Origin: Methanosaeta sp. PtaU1.Bin112 | GTDB lineage: Archaea > Halobacteriota > Methanosarcinia > Methanotrichales > Methanotrichaceae | NCBI GenBank assembly: GCA_002067705.1 | Contig: MVRL01000142.1 | Span: 1,142-65,141 of the forward strand | Length of the DNA stretch: 64,000 bases | Direction of reading: 5' to 3' | Part shown: positions 28,140 through 38,491 of the stretch, one piece after another | Layout: each line of letters opens with the position of its first letter | How positions within the stretch are numbered: the stretch's first letter is position 1 | Translations under genes and position numbers: made by a program | Notes under the pieces: model-generated | What the model was told of the DNA's origin: nothing | Databases searched by the model: none | What the model saw: the letters and a program-made list of their open reading frames with translations, nothing else

Positions 28140-29822
28140 CTAGCTCGTGGACAGTATATGGCCGATGATCCTTCCGTAGGCAGGTCTCGCTATGAATGTG
28201 CCCAGGATCACACCCAGGATGATGATGAGTGCAAATCCGGTGAGCGAGCCAAAGCCCATGACCAGCAATGGCAGCATGGCCACAGTCGTTGTCGCCGCCG
28301 CTCCCATGATGATGAGAAACGCCCTTGACAGCCTGGTCAGATAGACCTTGCTGCTGGTAGCGGCAATCTTGCCCACGCCCGCTTTCTCAGCCGCATCCGC
28401 AGCCCTCTCCTTGATGCTGCGATCAGCAGCGGAAGCCGCAGCCTCTCCGCCTCGCATGAGCTCATCGGTGATGATGACCAGCTGATCCACGCCCGTGCCT
28501 ATCACCATGATGATACCGGCCAGGCTTGCCAGATCAAGCTGCCAGCCAGCCAATGCCCAGACGCCCAGCATCATCACAACCTCGGAGAGGGAGGTGGTGA
28601 CCATTGGCAGGACAATTCTCCTCTCCCGGTAGCGGTAGAAGATCATGCCAGCAACAGCCAGAAGAGCAATCAGCCCGGCGATAACCATCTGCAGCTTGAA
28701 CTGCTTGCCCAGGGCAGCGGAGACCTGGCCGGAGCCCACAACCTCGACATTGACTGGCAGAGCGCCTTCTCGCAGGTGGATGTAAAGCTCTTTAGCCTTT
28801 GCAGAACCTGCATCTCCTCCACCAACGGTAGCCTGCATACTTCGAGAGGGAGCCTTCTGCAGACTGCTGGCCAGTTCTGGGGCAAGCGGCGCTGAGAAGA
28901 TCTCATCCTTATCGAGATACATGGATATGTAGTGATCTTCAGGCCTCTTGGTGGCCCCGGCATCTATGGCCGCCTTCTGGAAGGTCAATGCTCCTTCTTC
29001 AGAGAGGACAAAGGGAACTCCCCATCCGCCGTTGCGTTCTCCCTGGGGGATGTCCACCGACTCCACGGCATCTCCATAGAGCACATGCATGCTATCATTG
29101 TTCTCGGTCTGAATTCTTATCTCGAACTTGCCTGGCTTGCCCACTACCTCCTGAGCAGTGGCCACGTCCATTCCGGCCAGATCGATGAGGATGTATTTAT
29201 TGTCGACTACTCTTACTTTTATATCCTGAAGTCCGAGCCGATTGAGCTTGGAGTCCAGGACTTTTTTGGTCTCATCCACGGTCTCCTTGGACACACCCGC
29301 TACAAACGAGTCTTCGCCCGCGGGCACCTTTCCGCCCACCGGGGCGAGGAGCGCATCAAGCGACTGCCGGGTGACATTGGTCCGGATCTCATATCGAACG
29401 GGCACGACAGCCACATTGAGCTGAACATCTGCGTCCAGGTTCTTCTTCAGGTAATTGATGACGATCGTCTCGGGAGCTGCTACTATTGTGATCTTGGTGC
29501 TGTTGCCACCCTTTGCGATCTTCGATCCAATGTAGCCGAGGTCATCGGCGAATGCTGAATCTACCGAGCCCGGCACGGTCACCACATAGCTCTGTCCATG
29601 CTTCTCTACAGAGGAGGCATTGAACTGATATTCCAGAATTTTCTCGGGAGATACATCGATCTGTGCTTCTGCTCCCTGCAGCTGCAATTGCAGATATGAT
29701 CCTCCCTCCAGATCCAGCCCAAACTTCAAGCCGAAAAAGCCGATGCAGATGATGGCAACAGCTACGACCACCGCATAGAGGACGACCCTTCGGTCCTTTG
29801 ACAGTTCCTCGATCAGGCTCAT
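28140..29822 (-). CDS. secD: Protein translocase subunit SecD
   Basis: LKFGLDLEGGS, KLNRLGL, LREGALP, GTGVDQLVIITDE; six TM segments. Confidence 0.96.
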   Translation of the reverse strand: MSLIEELSKDRRVVLYAVVVAVAIICIGFFGLKFGLDLEGGSYLQLQLQGAEAQIDVSPEKILEYQFNASSVEKHGQSYVVTVPGSVDSAFADDLGYIGSKIAKGGNSTKITIVAAPETIVINYLKKNLDADVQLNVAVVPVRYEIRTNVTRQSLDALLAPVGGKVPAGEDSFVAGVSKETVDETKKVLDSKLNRLGLQDIKVRVVDNKYILIDLAGMDVATAQEVVGKPGKFEIRIQTENNDSMHVLYGDAVESVDIPQGERNGGWGVPFVLSEEGALTFQKAAIDAGATKRPEDHYISMYLDKDEIFSAPLAPELASSLQKAPSRSMQATVGGGDAGSAKAKELYIHLREGALPVNVEVVGSGQVSAALGKQFKLQMVIAGLIALLAVAGMIFYRYRERRIVLPMVTTSLSEVVMMLGVWALAGWQLDLASLAGIIMVIGTGVDQLVIITDELMRGGEAAASAADRSIKERAADAAEKAGVGKIAATSSKVYLTRLSRAFLIIMGAAATTTVAMLPLLVMGFGSLTGFALIIILGVILGTFIARPAYGRIIGHILSTS

Positions 29823-30709
29823 CTCTTCTGCCCCCGAGCTGCCTTCTTTGGCTTATTCAGGTACCATCGCAATCCCTGAGCATTGGTTACCCAGGTGTTG
29901 AATACATCCGCCGCCAGTCCGAATATCAGGACTGCAGACATATCGGCAATGATGTCCATCCTGGTAAATGAGGGCACTATGAAGTAAAGGAAGTTGGAGA
30001 CAATAATCAGGGCGATTACCGCACAGATTGTGGTTCCGGCCATTGTGAGGCCCGTTCCCATTGCCCCTATGATCTTCTCTTCCACGAGGCCCTTGCGCTT
30101 CAATACTCTCATGGATAGCAGGATATCGGTATCTACGGAATAACCGATGAGCATGAGAAGGGCGGCAACTGTTCCCAGTGAGAGCTGCACGCCTGTCAGG
30201 TTCATGGAGGCTGCTGCCGTTAAGATGTCAGCCAGCGCGCTGACCACAACCAGCAGAGAAACGATTGGTTCCCTGAAGACCAGGAATACCACTATGGCCA
30301 TCAAAAGGAACGAAAGTGGAAGGTACCTGACGACCTGCTCCTGAAGCTCCTTGCTGTAAATCGGTCCTATATGCCTGATCTCCGGGCCATCGAAATTGCT
30401 GTTGGCCAGTTTTACAAGATCTGCATATTGAGAGTCGCTCATCGGGCCGAACTGGAGCATGTATCTTCCGCCGATGTTTCTTATGTCCACCAGTGGATAA
30501 GCATCAAACTGCCCGGCTACTTGTTCTTCCGATTCCGTTGATGGCACTGTGACAAGAGTGCCTCCTGTAAACTCTATCCCCAGCTTCACAGGCGAGCCTG
30601 TGGCAAGATAGGTCGCGCCCAAGCTGATAAGTGCTAATATTATGATAGCGATAGGAATCAGCATTATCTGCTTGGGTGGGTACTTAGAAACGATGTCCTC
30701 CAATTCCAT
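29819..30709 (-). CDS. secF: Protein translocase subunit SecF
   Basis: LGIEFTGGT, LMLIGYSVDTDILL; overlaps the secD start by 4 nt. Confidence 0.95.
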   Translation of the reverse strand: MELEDIVSKYPPKQIMLIPIAIIILALISLGATYLATGSPVKLGIEFTGGTLVTVPSTESEEQVAGQFDAYPLVDIRNIGGRYMLQFGPMSDSQYADLVKLANSNFDGPEIRHIGPIYSKELQEQVVRYLPLSFLLMAIVVFLVFREPIVSLLVVVSALADILTAAASMNLTGVQLSLGTVAALLMLIGYSVDTDILLSMRVLKRKGLVEEKIIGAMGTGLTMAGTTICAVIALIIVSNFLYFIVPSFTRMDIIADMSAVLIFGLAADVFNTWVTNAQGLRWYLNKPKKAARGQKR

Positions 30710-30887
30710 GTTATTTCTCCTCAAACTCACTCTCTTTTTAAACCCACCACGCGAATATTACTCTGCTAATCTGCTTTCATTGCGAATGTGTTACTTGATG
30801 CTATTGCGCCTTCATAAGAATATTTCAATCTATTTACGGCTTGTCATCAATGGTTCTCCTTAAAGGCAGCATCAAGCGCTAACTCTG

Positions 30888-32168
30888 TCAAACCTTTTCC
30901 CACTTCTTGAGGTTTGCCACCGTGGAGAGCGTCCCACCGCGCCGAATCTCCTCATAGAGCCGGCTTTCCATCTTCTGGACCTCTTTGGCTCTTCTGGCGA
31001 TCTCGTAGGCTCTCTCTTTGGGAATGACCACCACTCCGCTCTCGTCTCCTACAATGTAATCCCCTGGTCGAACCGTCTGGCCGCCGCAGGTAATCTCGCT
31101 ATTGATCTCGCCCATACCCTTGGGATCGCCAGCATTCGGAGTGATGCCTGAAGCGAATAGGGGGTATTTTAGCTCTCTGATCTCATCTACATCTCGAACG
31201 GCTCCGTCAATGACCACGCCTTCAATTCCCCGGTTCTTGCTGCTCAGGGTGGCAAGGCCCCCCCAGGGCGCAATATAGTTGCTTCCGTTGTAGATGACCA
31301 GCACATCCCCGGGTCCGCACAGGTCTATGGCTTCCACTGGCTTGGCCCAGTCTCCGGCAAAGGTCTGCACCGTCACCGCCCTGCCAACGATCTTGGTCCC
31401 AAGATTGATGGGAAGGATGCCGCGCATGGCTCCTTTGCGGTGCATGCCGTCTGAGATGTTGGGCGTTGATACCTCACGGAAGATGGCGATCATCTCCTCG
31501 TCCCGGCTCATCTTTGCGCCCACGCTGGTTTCTGCATGGTCTATTGCATCGCGAAGCTTTTGGGCGGATGCAGTCACATCAGCGCTTCTTACAATGCTTC
31601 CCCCCACAATGACGATATCAGCGCCGCTGGCGATAGCCTGCGCACCGGTGATCGGATCTATGCCTCCTGCTGCTGCCAGGGGAGTGCTGACCACCTTTGC
31701 GATCTCTTTGAGGAAATCGACCGTATCGCGACCGGTCATCTGCTGGTCGATGCCCACGTGAACGCAGATGTAATCCACGCCGAGGGCCTCCAGCTCGCGG
31801 GAACGCGCTATCGGGTCCGGAACGCTGATAAGGTCCATCATGATCTGTACGCCGTATTTTCGCGCCGCCCGCAGGGCATCCTCGATAGTGGAGTTATCGG
31901 ATACGGCCAGCAGGGCCACAATATCGGCTCCCGCTTTGGCCGCCATCTCCACCTCCATTGCTCCCGTGTCCACTGTCTTCATATCGGCAACTATTCGAGT
32001 CCCCGGCAGGGCCTTCTTTATCTCGCGCACAGCGTCCATGCCCTCGCTCTTGATAAGGGGTGTTCCTGCTTCAATCCAGTCTGCGCCGCCCAAGACTGCC
32101 TCTTTGGCTATCTGAATTGATCTGTCCAGCTCAAGAAGATCCAGTGCCACCTGTAGAATGGGTTTAAT
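30888..32168 (-). CDS. 3-hexulose-6-phosphate synthase fused to RraA/HMG-aldolase-like domain
   Basis: (I)[38 protein letters not shown]; C-terminal [32 protein letters not shown]. No in-frame ATG; ATT 32168 or GTG 32150. Confidence 0.9.
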   Translation of the reverse strand: MKPILQVALDLLELDRSIQIAKEAVLGGADWIEAGTPLIKSEGMDAVREIKKALPGTRIVADMKTVDTGAMEVEMAAKAGADIVALLAVSDNSTIEDALRAARKYGVQIMMDLISVPDPIARSRELEALGVDYICVHVGIDQQMTGRDTVDFLKEIAKVVSTPLAAAGGIDPITGAQAIASGADIVIVGGSIVRSADVTASAQKLRDAIDHAETSVGAKMSRDEEMIAIFREVSTPNISDGMHRKGAMRGILPINLGTKIVGRAVTVQTFAGDWAKPVEAIDLCGPGDVLVIYNGSNYIAPWGGLATLSSKNRGIEGVVIDGAVRDVDEIRELKYPLFASGITPNAGDPKGMGEINSEITCGGQTVRPGDYIVGDESGVVVIPKERAYEIARRAKEVQKMESRLYEEIRRGGTLSTVANLKKWEKV

Positions 32169-32229
32169 ATGACATCACCACACTATCAGCCGATTAGCAT
32201 ACATCAGCACACGCTAAGTAAAAAGGTGC

Positions 32230-33141
32230 ATGGTATATAAAATGAAGCTGGCAGATATTTCTGAGATAGAGCTTGATGACGATCCCTTTCGGCCTCGCGG
32301 CCTGAGTTTCACCAAGCTGCATGGAAACGGCAACGACTTCATCCTGATAGATGAGACCAGTCGCGAGCAGGTAGCAGAGAACGAGAAGAAGAGGTTTGCC
32401 ATTGCCGTCTGCCATCGTCATTTTGGCATAGGTGCGGATGGGGTCTTGTTCCTGATAAACAGTTCGCGAGCCGATCTCGGCATGAGGCTAATTCAGCCGG
32501 ATGGCTCAGAGGCTGAGATGTGCGGCAACGGCATACGCTGCCTGGCAAAATACGCCTGGGACACCGGGTATGTTGGCGAGGCTTTCGATATAGAAACCCT
32601 GGCCGGCATCATCCCTGTGCAGGTTCGAGAAAGAGACGGCTTCTTCTGGACCAAGGTGGACATGGGGACGCCCAAGTTCGACCGGCCTTCCATTCCGGCC
32701 TGCGGCCAGGGAGAGCTGATTTCTGAAGAGATCGAAGGCAGCAGGGTATCGGCGGTCAATACCGGTGTCCCCCATGCGGTCCTCTTCGTTGAGGATATGA
32801 ATTTCGATATTCTCAGAGCTGCTCCGTCTATAAGACATAACAGCCTCTTTCCAGAAGGAGCCAATGTGAATTTTGTCAAGGTTGGCCAGCATCTGGAGAT
32901 CAGGACCTTTGAGAGGGGCGTGGAAGGAGAGACACTCTCCTGCGGGACGGGATCTGTGGCCGCTGCCAGCGTGGCCCACCGCATGGGACTGGTGGATGAT
33001 GAGGTCCTGGTCCAGACCAAAGGCGGGCCTCTGCTGATAAGCTTTGAAGATGGAAAAGCCTTCATGGAGGGACCGGCAGTAACGGTCTGCTCTGGGGAGC
33101 TATCTGAAGAGTACCTGTGGAACTTATCCATGGAGCCTTGA
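32230..33141 (+). CDS. dapF: Diaminopimelate epimerase
   Basis: FTKLHGNGNDF, EMCGNGIRC, NTGVPHAV, ERGVEGETLSCGTG. Confidence 0.96.
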   Translation: MVYKMKLADISEIELDDDPFRPRGLSFTKLHGNGNDFILIDETSREQVAENEKKRFAIAVCHRHFGIGADGVLFLINSSRADLGMRLIQPDGSEAEMCGNGIRCLAKYAWDTGYVGEAFDIETLAGIIPVQVRERDGFFWTKVDMGTPKFDRPSIPACGQGELISEEIEGSRVSAVNTGVPHAVLFVEDMNFDILRAAPSIRHNSLFPEGANVNFVKVGQHLEIRTFERGVEGETLSCGTGSVAAASVAHRMGLVDDEVLVQTKGGPLLISFEDGKAFMEGPAVTVCSGELSEEYLWNLSMEP

Positions 33142-33172
33142 TAAAAGCATTGAAGGCAAAATTGAGGCAAAA

Positions 33173-33655
33173 ATGAAGATAAAAGCGGCACTATCGGGAC
33201 TGATGATTCTCACAATCACTTTCATTTTTGTCCAATGGATTCTCGCGAGCACAGCATTTGCAGATCATTATGTGATGGAGATAGGAAGCAAGAGCAATCC
33301 CAATGCTCATCTCTTCGCTTATGACCAGAAGTTTCGGGAGAGCACCAATTTGCGCAACTATCCCATGAGGACGAGCGCATCCAAGGAGTTTACCGATGCT
33401 ACTCGTCTTTCCACCAAGATGGGGCTGAAGGCGCTGCCCAACCTCACCGAGATGACCATAGACGCTGATTTCATCGGCATAGGGCGCATTGGCTACCTGG
33501 TGCTGGATCCGGATAGGGCGAATCCGGAGATGTGGGGCCCGAAGCATGAGGTGACGCGCATCAATCACATGTTCGTGGGCAACTTTACCATCAATGAGCA
33601 GATAATAGTAGCAAAGAATCATATGTGCGAGGACGGATACTTGCCGTGCGCTTGA
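33173..33655 (+). CDS. Secreted hypothetical protein
   Basis: Signal-peptide-like N-terminus and coherent 160-aa frame. Confidence 0.75.
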   Translation: MKIKAALSGLMILTITFIFVQWILASTAFADHYVMEIGSKSNPNAHLFAYDQKFRESTNLRNYPMRTSASKEFTDATRLSTKMGLKALPNLTEMTIDADFIGIGRIGYLVLDPDRANPEMWGPKHEVTRINHMFVGNFTINEQIIVAKNHMCEDGYLPCA

Positions 33656-33723
33656 TGTTCTCTTTATGGGTCACCGAATCATGAGGGTTTTAAAATGAGA
33701 GGACAGGAACATGTGATTGAATT

Positions 33724-33759
33724 GGGCAGACTCTCCTGCCCCAGCTTTCCGTTTTTTTT
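33724..33759 (+). terminator. Hairpin GGGCAG-N6-CTGCCC followed by a T8 tract between convergent genes
   Basis: Read directly. T-tracts are the usual archaeal termination signal. Confidence 0.5.
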
Positions 33760-33808
33760 CCTCACTTTCCTCTAGATTTCTCTTGTCGACTTTCTTGACT
33801 CTTGCCTG

Positions 33809-34876
33809 CTAAACTAACCTTCTTTCATGGGCCAGCCAGTCCTGCCAGAGGTAAATCCTGGCATCAAAGCCCATGAGCTCTAGAGCAAACCAGACAATTG
33901 ATGCCCCATAAATTTCATCCGAGTAGACCACAGTCGTCCGGCTGGAATTCAATCGGGCAAATACATCCTGCAGATTCGTTCCATTCTTCAGCCTTCCGCC
34001 GTCCAGCACGTTCTTTGGACTGATGAAGGTGGCATTGAGAATTCTGGATCTGCCGAACTCTTCAAATGTCCTGGCATCCACCATCTGAGCCTCGCCTGAT
34101 CTCACATAATCATAGTCCGCTAAAAGCTCGTCTTTAGGGCGGGCGGCGACATAGCTTGCCGGAGGACGGACGTTCTCCGCGGTCTCCAGGGGCAGACTGG
34201 CTGCAATCCAGTTTTCCAGTCCCCCATCCAGAGCCCTGACTTTGTCGTGCCCCAGGTAGCGCAGCGAGAAGAGGACGGATGTTGCTTCTCCCGAGGCAAA
34301 TGAGTCAGAATAGATCATCAATGGATCATTCTGGGATATGCCGGCCCTGCTCAGAATTTCCGCCAGGTCAGCGGCATTGCGCAGCGATCCATTCTCAAAA
34401 AAAAAGCCCTTAGCGGGGATATTTATGCTGCCTCGGATATGAGCCTGGCCTGGGGTGCGGCTGGCGGATACATCGAGCACCACATCTCCCTCAGCTATGG
34501 CATCCAGAGATTTCAGCATCTCTGGTTCCGGAAAAGAATCCGCCCTGCTGCCGGGGGCAACATACGCTCCGCTGGTGCTTGAGGCCGCGATGTTTGGCGT
34601 GCTGCCCACGGTTTTGGTCGCTGTAGCGCCAGAGGCCTGGCCGGCCCGAAAGCTGCTGCTCGAGCTGATGCTGTTTGAGCTGGAGGCTCCAGTCAAGCCC
34701 ATCAGCGGGACATCGGAGCTCATAAATGCCTGAGCCGATTCCAGCCAGGAGTCGCTGCCTGATCCGCATCCTCCCACTGAGCAGCTGGCCTGCGCAGGAG
34801 GAGCAGATGCAGAGACTACGATGAGAATTGATAAGAGGAATGGCAAACATAGCCAAGATGGCAAATAAGTCTTCAT
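33809..34876 (-). CDS. Secreted tandem rhodanese-domain protein lacking active-site cysteines
   Basis: HIRGSINIP, VRALDGGLENW, MVDARTFEEF. Active-site loops read IYSDSF and VYSDEI. Confidence 0.8.
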   Translation of the reverse strand: MKTYLPSWLCLPFLLSILIVVSASAPPAQASCSVGGCGSGSDSWLESAQAFMSSDVPLMGLTGASSSNSISSSSSFRAGQASGATATKTVGSTPNIAASSTSGAYVAPGSRADSFPEPEMLKSLDAIAEGDVVLDVSASRTPGQAHIRGSINIPAKGFFFENGSLRNAADLAEILSRAGISQNDPLMIYSDSFASGEATSVLFSLRYLGHDKVRALDGGLENWIAASLPLETAENVRPPASYVAARPKDELLADYDYVRSGEAQMVDARTFEEFGRSRILNATFISPKNVLDGGRLKNGTNLQDVFARLNSSRTTVVYSDEIYGASIVWFALELMGFDARIYLWQDWLAHERRLV

Positions 34877-34947
34877 CTAAAATGATCTCCTGAGGCCCTC
34901 TTAATTTATTCTCAATTGGTATTTAGCCAGATATTGCTCCGCCGCCC

Positions 34948-35781
34948 CTACCTTGGTTTTACCGCGCTGACCTTTATGCTCAAAACCGAATCGGCAACTT
35001 CCTTCTGCTGCTCGGGGGAAATGCTCGGCATCTCAATCACCGACGAGCCCGCGGTCCCGCACAGGAGCGATTCTACAGGAAAGCTCGATTCGGCTGCAAC
35101 AGTCACTTCTGAAAAACCAACATCTTTTATGATCTTCAGGTATTCGTCCTTCATGATGGCTCCGGCCAGACAGCCGATGTAGGCTTTGCTTGAGCTCTTC
35201 ACGAACTCCGGCAACTCTCTGGTCAGCACCACATCAGAAACCGCCAGCCTTCCGCCGGGCTTGAGAACCCGGAAGGCTTCTCTGAAGGCCATGGTCTTGT
35301 TGGGAATGAGATTAATGGCGCAGTTGGAGATGACCACATCCACGTACCTGTCAGCCACAGGCATGTTCTCGAGGTCTCCCTGCCGAAAATCGATATTCGT
35401 GTATCCCCCTTTGCGGGCATTGGACCTGGCGCGATCGACCATCTCCGAGGTGATATCAACGCCTATTACCTTTCCGGACAGACCCACCCGAAAGGAGGCT
35501 AAAAAGCAATCAAATCCACCTCCTGCGCCCATGTCCAGGACGATCTCCCCCTCTTTCAGGGAAGCCAGGGCCACTGGATTGCCGCATCCCAGTCCCATAT
35601 TCGATTCCGGGGGAGCGGCAGAGATCTCCTCATCGGAATAACCCATCCTCTTGCTTATAGATTCAGGAATATCGCCACAGCCGCAGCAGCTCCGTGACGA
35701 ATAATAGGATGTTGCCTGTTTTGCAATTCGAGCATAGCCTTCCTTTACCGCTCTCTTGATCTCCTTTTCCTTAATCGCCAT
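34948..35781 (-). CDS. arsM: Arsenite S-adenosylmethionine methyltransferase
   Basis: MGLGCGNP, LDMGAGGGFDCF, VVISNCAINL, YIGCLAGA. Start set at ATG 35781. Confidence 0.9.
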   Translation of the reverse strand: MAIKEKEIKRAVKEGYARIAKQATSYYSSRSCCGCGDIPESISKRMGYSDEEISAAPPESNMGLGCGNPVALASLKEGEIVLDMGAGGGFDCFLASFRVGLSGKVIGVDITSEMVDRARSNARKGGYTNIDFRQGDLENMPVADRYVDVVISNCAINLIPNKTMAFREAFRVLKPGGRLAVSDVVLTRELPEFVKSSSKAYIGCLAGAIMKDEYLKIIKDVGFSEVTVAAESSFPVESLLCGTAGSSVIEMPSISPEQQKEVADSVLSIKVSAVKPR

Positions 35782-35929
35782 TAGAAACTCCACCGATCCT
35801 GAATATTGGTTTATTCGCATCTGTAGTTCAACTGGGAAATTGTATCTCATCATCTTGGTCTTAGGCTATTATTAAGGTTTGCTCAAAACGCAAGGAGAAA
35901 ATAAGATGAAGCCCATCAGCATGAGCGCA

Positions 35930-36502
35930 TCATCTAGTCGGACCGATCCGTCTATCCTTCTTTGCCGGCTCGTAGTCGCTAATGGTCTTGATCAGCATCT
36001 GGTGCCTCGCCCACAGGATAGCGATAGCCATCAGGGATACAACCAGCCAGGCGGCAAACCACAGCTTCATCAATCTATCTGTGCAGCCACCTGGAATGAG
36101 CCCCTGAGATAGGATAAAAGCGGCGGCTGCAAGTGTTACAATAATTGAGAAGAACAGATTGGCAGAAGGGGCCATGCCGTCCCGATAGGAGGCACAGAAG
36201 CGCTCCCATTCCCTCTCCGCCCTGCCGGTCAATGACGCTGGGTTTCTGCCCAGAAAGATGCCCACGCGCTTGATCCGAGAGTCGGCGGACATAATATAGA
36301 GATCGTAGCTTATGGCCACCAGAGGGACAAAGTAAAGCAGCCAGAAAATGTCAGAGATATCGATGCCCATATTCACGGAGCTGAGGCCGAATAGAACGGT
36401 GATAAAGGCCAGCTTCATTGTGACGAGCTGGGTGCGTTCATTTTGAGTTCGTATCTTCTCTTCATGAAGCGCGCGCAGGAACTCCTGATCGTTTTCCTCC
36501 AT
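35930..36502 (-). CDS. Hypothetical membrane protein (about 4 TM)
   Basis: SD-preceded ATG and several hydrophobic helices. Confidence 0.8.
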   Translation of the reverse strand: MEENDQEFLRALHEEKIRTQNERTQLVTMKLAFITVLFGLSSVNMGIDISDIFWLLYFVPLVAISYDLYIMSADSRIKRVGIFLGRNPASLTGRAEREWERFCASYRDGMAPSANLFFSIIVTLAAAAFILSQGLIPGGCTDRLMKLWFAAWLVVSLMAIAILWARHQMLIKTISDYEPAKKDRRIGPTR

Positions 36503-36625
36503 TAGTACCCTACTCCCTACTATAGGATGTATCGATAATATTAATAATTTTTGTATGTAATGGTCAAGAAGCAGGTAAAAGATATGGGAAATGAATTTAT
36601 CCTAAATGCGCTCAATTTAAGTGGA

Positions 36626-37564
36626 ATGAAACCGATGGACCAGGTACTGGATACCTGCACAAAGATTCGCAGCATGCAGATCAGAGGCGCAGGCAGAATT
36701 GCGACGGCAGCGGCAGCATCTCTGCGAGATTTCTCTCAGGACATGCAGGCGCAAAGCCTTGATGAGTTCAATGGTCAGATGAAGAAGGCCGCCGACATTC
36801 TTCTAAATACCAGGCCCACCGCGGTCTCCCTCTCCAATGCCATACGGATGGTGATGAAATATGATGCACAAGACCTGGATACGGCTCGCCAGGCTATTGC
36901 TCTGAATGCCAACCGCTTCATCGAGATCTCAGAAAAGGCTCTGGAGAGAATCGGGCAGATCGGCAGCCGCAGGATAAAGGATGATTCTGTCGTGCTCACC
37001 CACTGCAACTCTCTGGCTGCGCTATCCGTTATCAGTACCGCTCACAATTCCGGAAAGAGGATCAAGGTGATCGCTACCGAATCGCGACCCAGGTATCAGG
37101 GCATCACCACTATCGGAATGCTGGACAGGATGGGCATCGAGACGGAATTGATTGTCGATTCCGCGGCCAGGAGCATCATGAATGAGGTTGATCTGGTGGT
37201 GGTGGGAGCTGATGTGATAACCGCCAACGGCAATCTGGTAAATAAGATCGGCACCGCTCAGATAGCTCTCTCAGCCCATGAGGCCAGAACCAGTTTTATC
37301 GTAGCCGCAGAGACATACAAGTTCAGCCCTCAGACAATCCTGGGCGAATTGGTTACCATCGAGGAACGCGAAGCCAGCGAGGTACTGGCAGACCTCTCCA
37401 GGTACAGCCATGTGCGGGTAAGAAATCCGGCCTTTGATGTGACTCCTCACCAGTACATCGATCTGATTTGCACCGAGGTTGGAGCCATACCTCCGGAGAT
37501 GAGCTATCAGATCATCAGGGAGCGGCTGGGCTGGGAGATGGAAGAGGAGTGCCTGCGAAAATAA
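36626..37564 (+). CDS. Ribose-1,5-bisphosphate isomerase (eIF2B-like)
   Basis: IRSMQIRGAGRIA, TRPTAVSL, LTHCNS, TESRP, VGADVITANG, NPAFDVTP. Confidence 0.9.
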   Translation: MKPMDQVLDTCTKIRSMQIRGAGRIATAAAASLRDFSQDMQAQSLDEFNGQMKKAADILLNTRPTAVSLSNAIRMVMKYDAQDLDTARQAIALNANRFIEISEKALERIGQIGSRRIKDDSVVLTHCNSLAALSVISTAHNSGKRIKVIATESRPRYQGITTIGMLDRMGIETELIVDSAARSIMNEVDLVVVGADVITANGNLVNKIGTAQIALSAHEARTSFIVAAETYKFSPQTILGELVTIEEREASEVLADLSRYSHVRVRNPAFDVTPHQYIDLICTEVGAIPPEMSYQIIRERLGWEMEEECLRK

Positions 37565-37921
37565 GAATGCCTGCGAAGAAAATGGCTCTGAGGAAATGAT
37601 TAACGGAGCTGAAAAAAGCTGAGGCGAGGTGGCCCGAATTAAGGCCAGCAGATAGATGGTCTGTTGAAGACGTTGTTGATCTCCTTTGATCCCGGCAATG
37701 ATGTCGTGCTTTCATTTTCCGTTTTTTTTGATGACTTGAAGCTCTGCCGAAAAACCGAGAATTTCTGCCGTAATGGCATTGATTCTCCTGCAATCTCCTC
37801 CACTATTGCAGACAATCAGATGCTTGAGTGTCCAAATACCCGCCTGGCTGAATGGAGGAAATGTCAGAATTGTGGAATTATCAACAGTTTGCTTGATCGC
37901 AGAACCTAATCACAAGGCCTA

Positions 37922-38491
37922 TCAGGCCATCTTGCGAAAGACGAGCATCATGGCAAGAATTGCCGCTACTGTCCCTGATGCCGGTGTATTCCGGGATTGA
38001 GCCGGGGGCTCCTCTGAGGATCTTCTCTCATCCTGCGATGCATTATCTCCTTGCAGCGTCGTATCTGTTGCCATCGACCTGTCCTGCGCCTGAATTTCCT
38101 GGCCGCCATCTTTTTCCAGCACATTAATAAAGCCCGTCTTCTTGCCGGAGGGCGCTCCTTTAGCAGCGACGTCTGCTACGAAAGAGTAGTTGCCAGGCGG
38201 TACGTCTGCTGCTTTGACGCTGCAGTTGAACTGGGTCACGCCTGCCGGAAAGACGTTTTTGATCATCTTTGGGCATGAGATATGGAAGCCATCGCTTATG
38301 TTCTTGAAGACCAGTTCGACATAGGCTCTCTCACTGCCCAGCCCCTTAACCGAGACTGAAAAGTTTGCTTCGCTATTGGCTGTCATCTCAATGGGAGTGA
38401 TCTCTTTGACCTGGAACCAGAAGGATGCACCCGCTTGGCCGGCCAGGATCAAGAGAAGAGCGATGAGAAGAACATAAAATTGTTTTTTCAT
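37922..38491 (-). CDS. Secreted Ig-like hypothetical protein with C-terminal anchor-like tail
   Basis: Signal peptide; tail TPASGTVAAILAMMLVFRKMA (short TM plus basic residues). Confidence 0.8.
   Translation of the reverse strand: MKKQFYVLLIALLLILAGQAGASFWFQVKEITPIEMTANSEANFSVSVKGLGSERAYVELVFKNISDGFHISCPKMIKNVFPAGVTQFNCSVKAADVPPGNYSFVADVAAKGAPSGKKTGFINVLEKDGGQEIQAQDRSMATDTTLQGDNASQDERRSSEEPPAQSRNTPASGTVAAILAMMLVFRKMA

Noticed and set aside
34948-35781. arsM as a novel arsenic island
   Set aside because: Stand-alone arsM is well known in methanogens, and no arsR, arsC or acr3 is adjacent.
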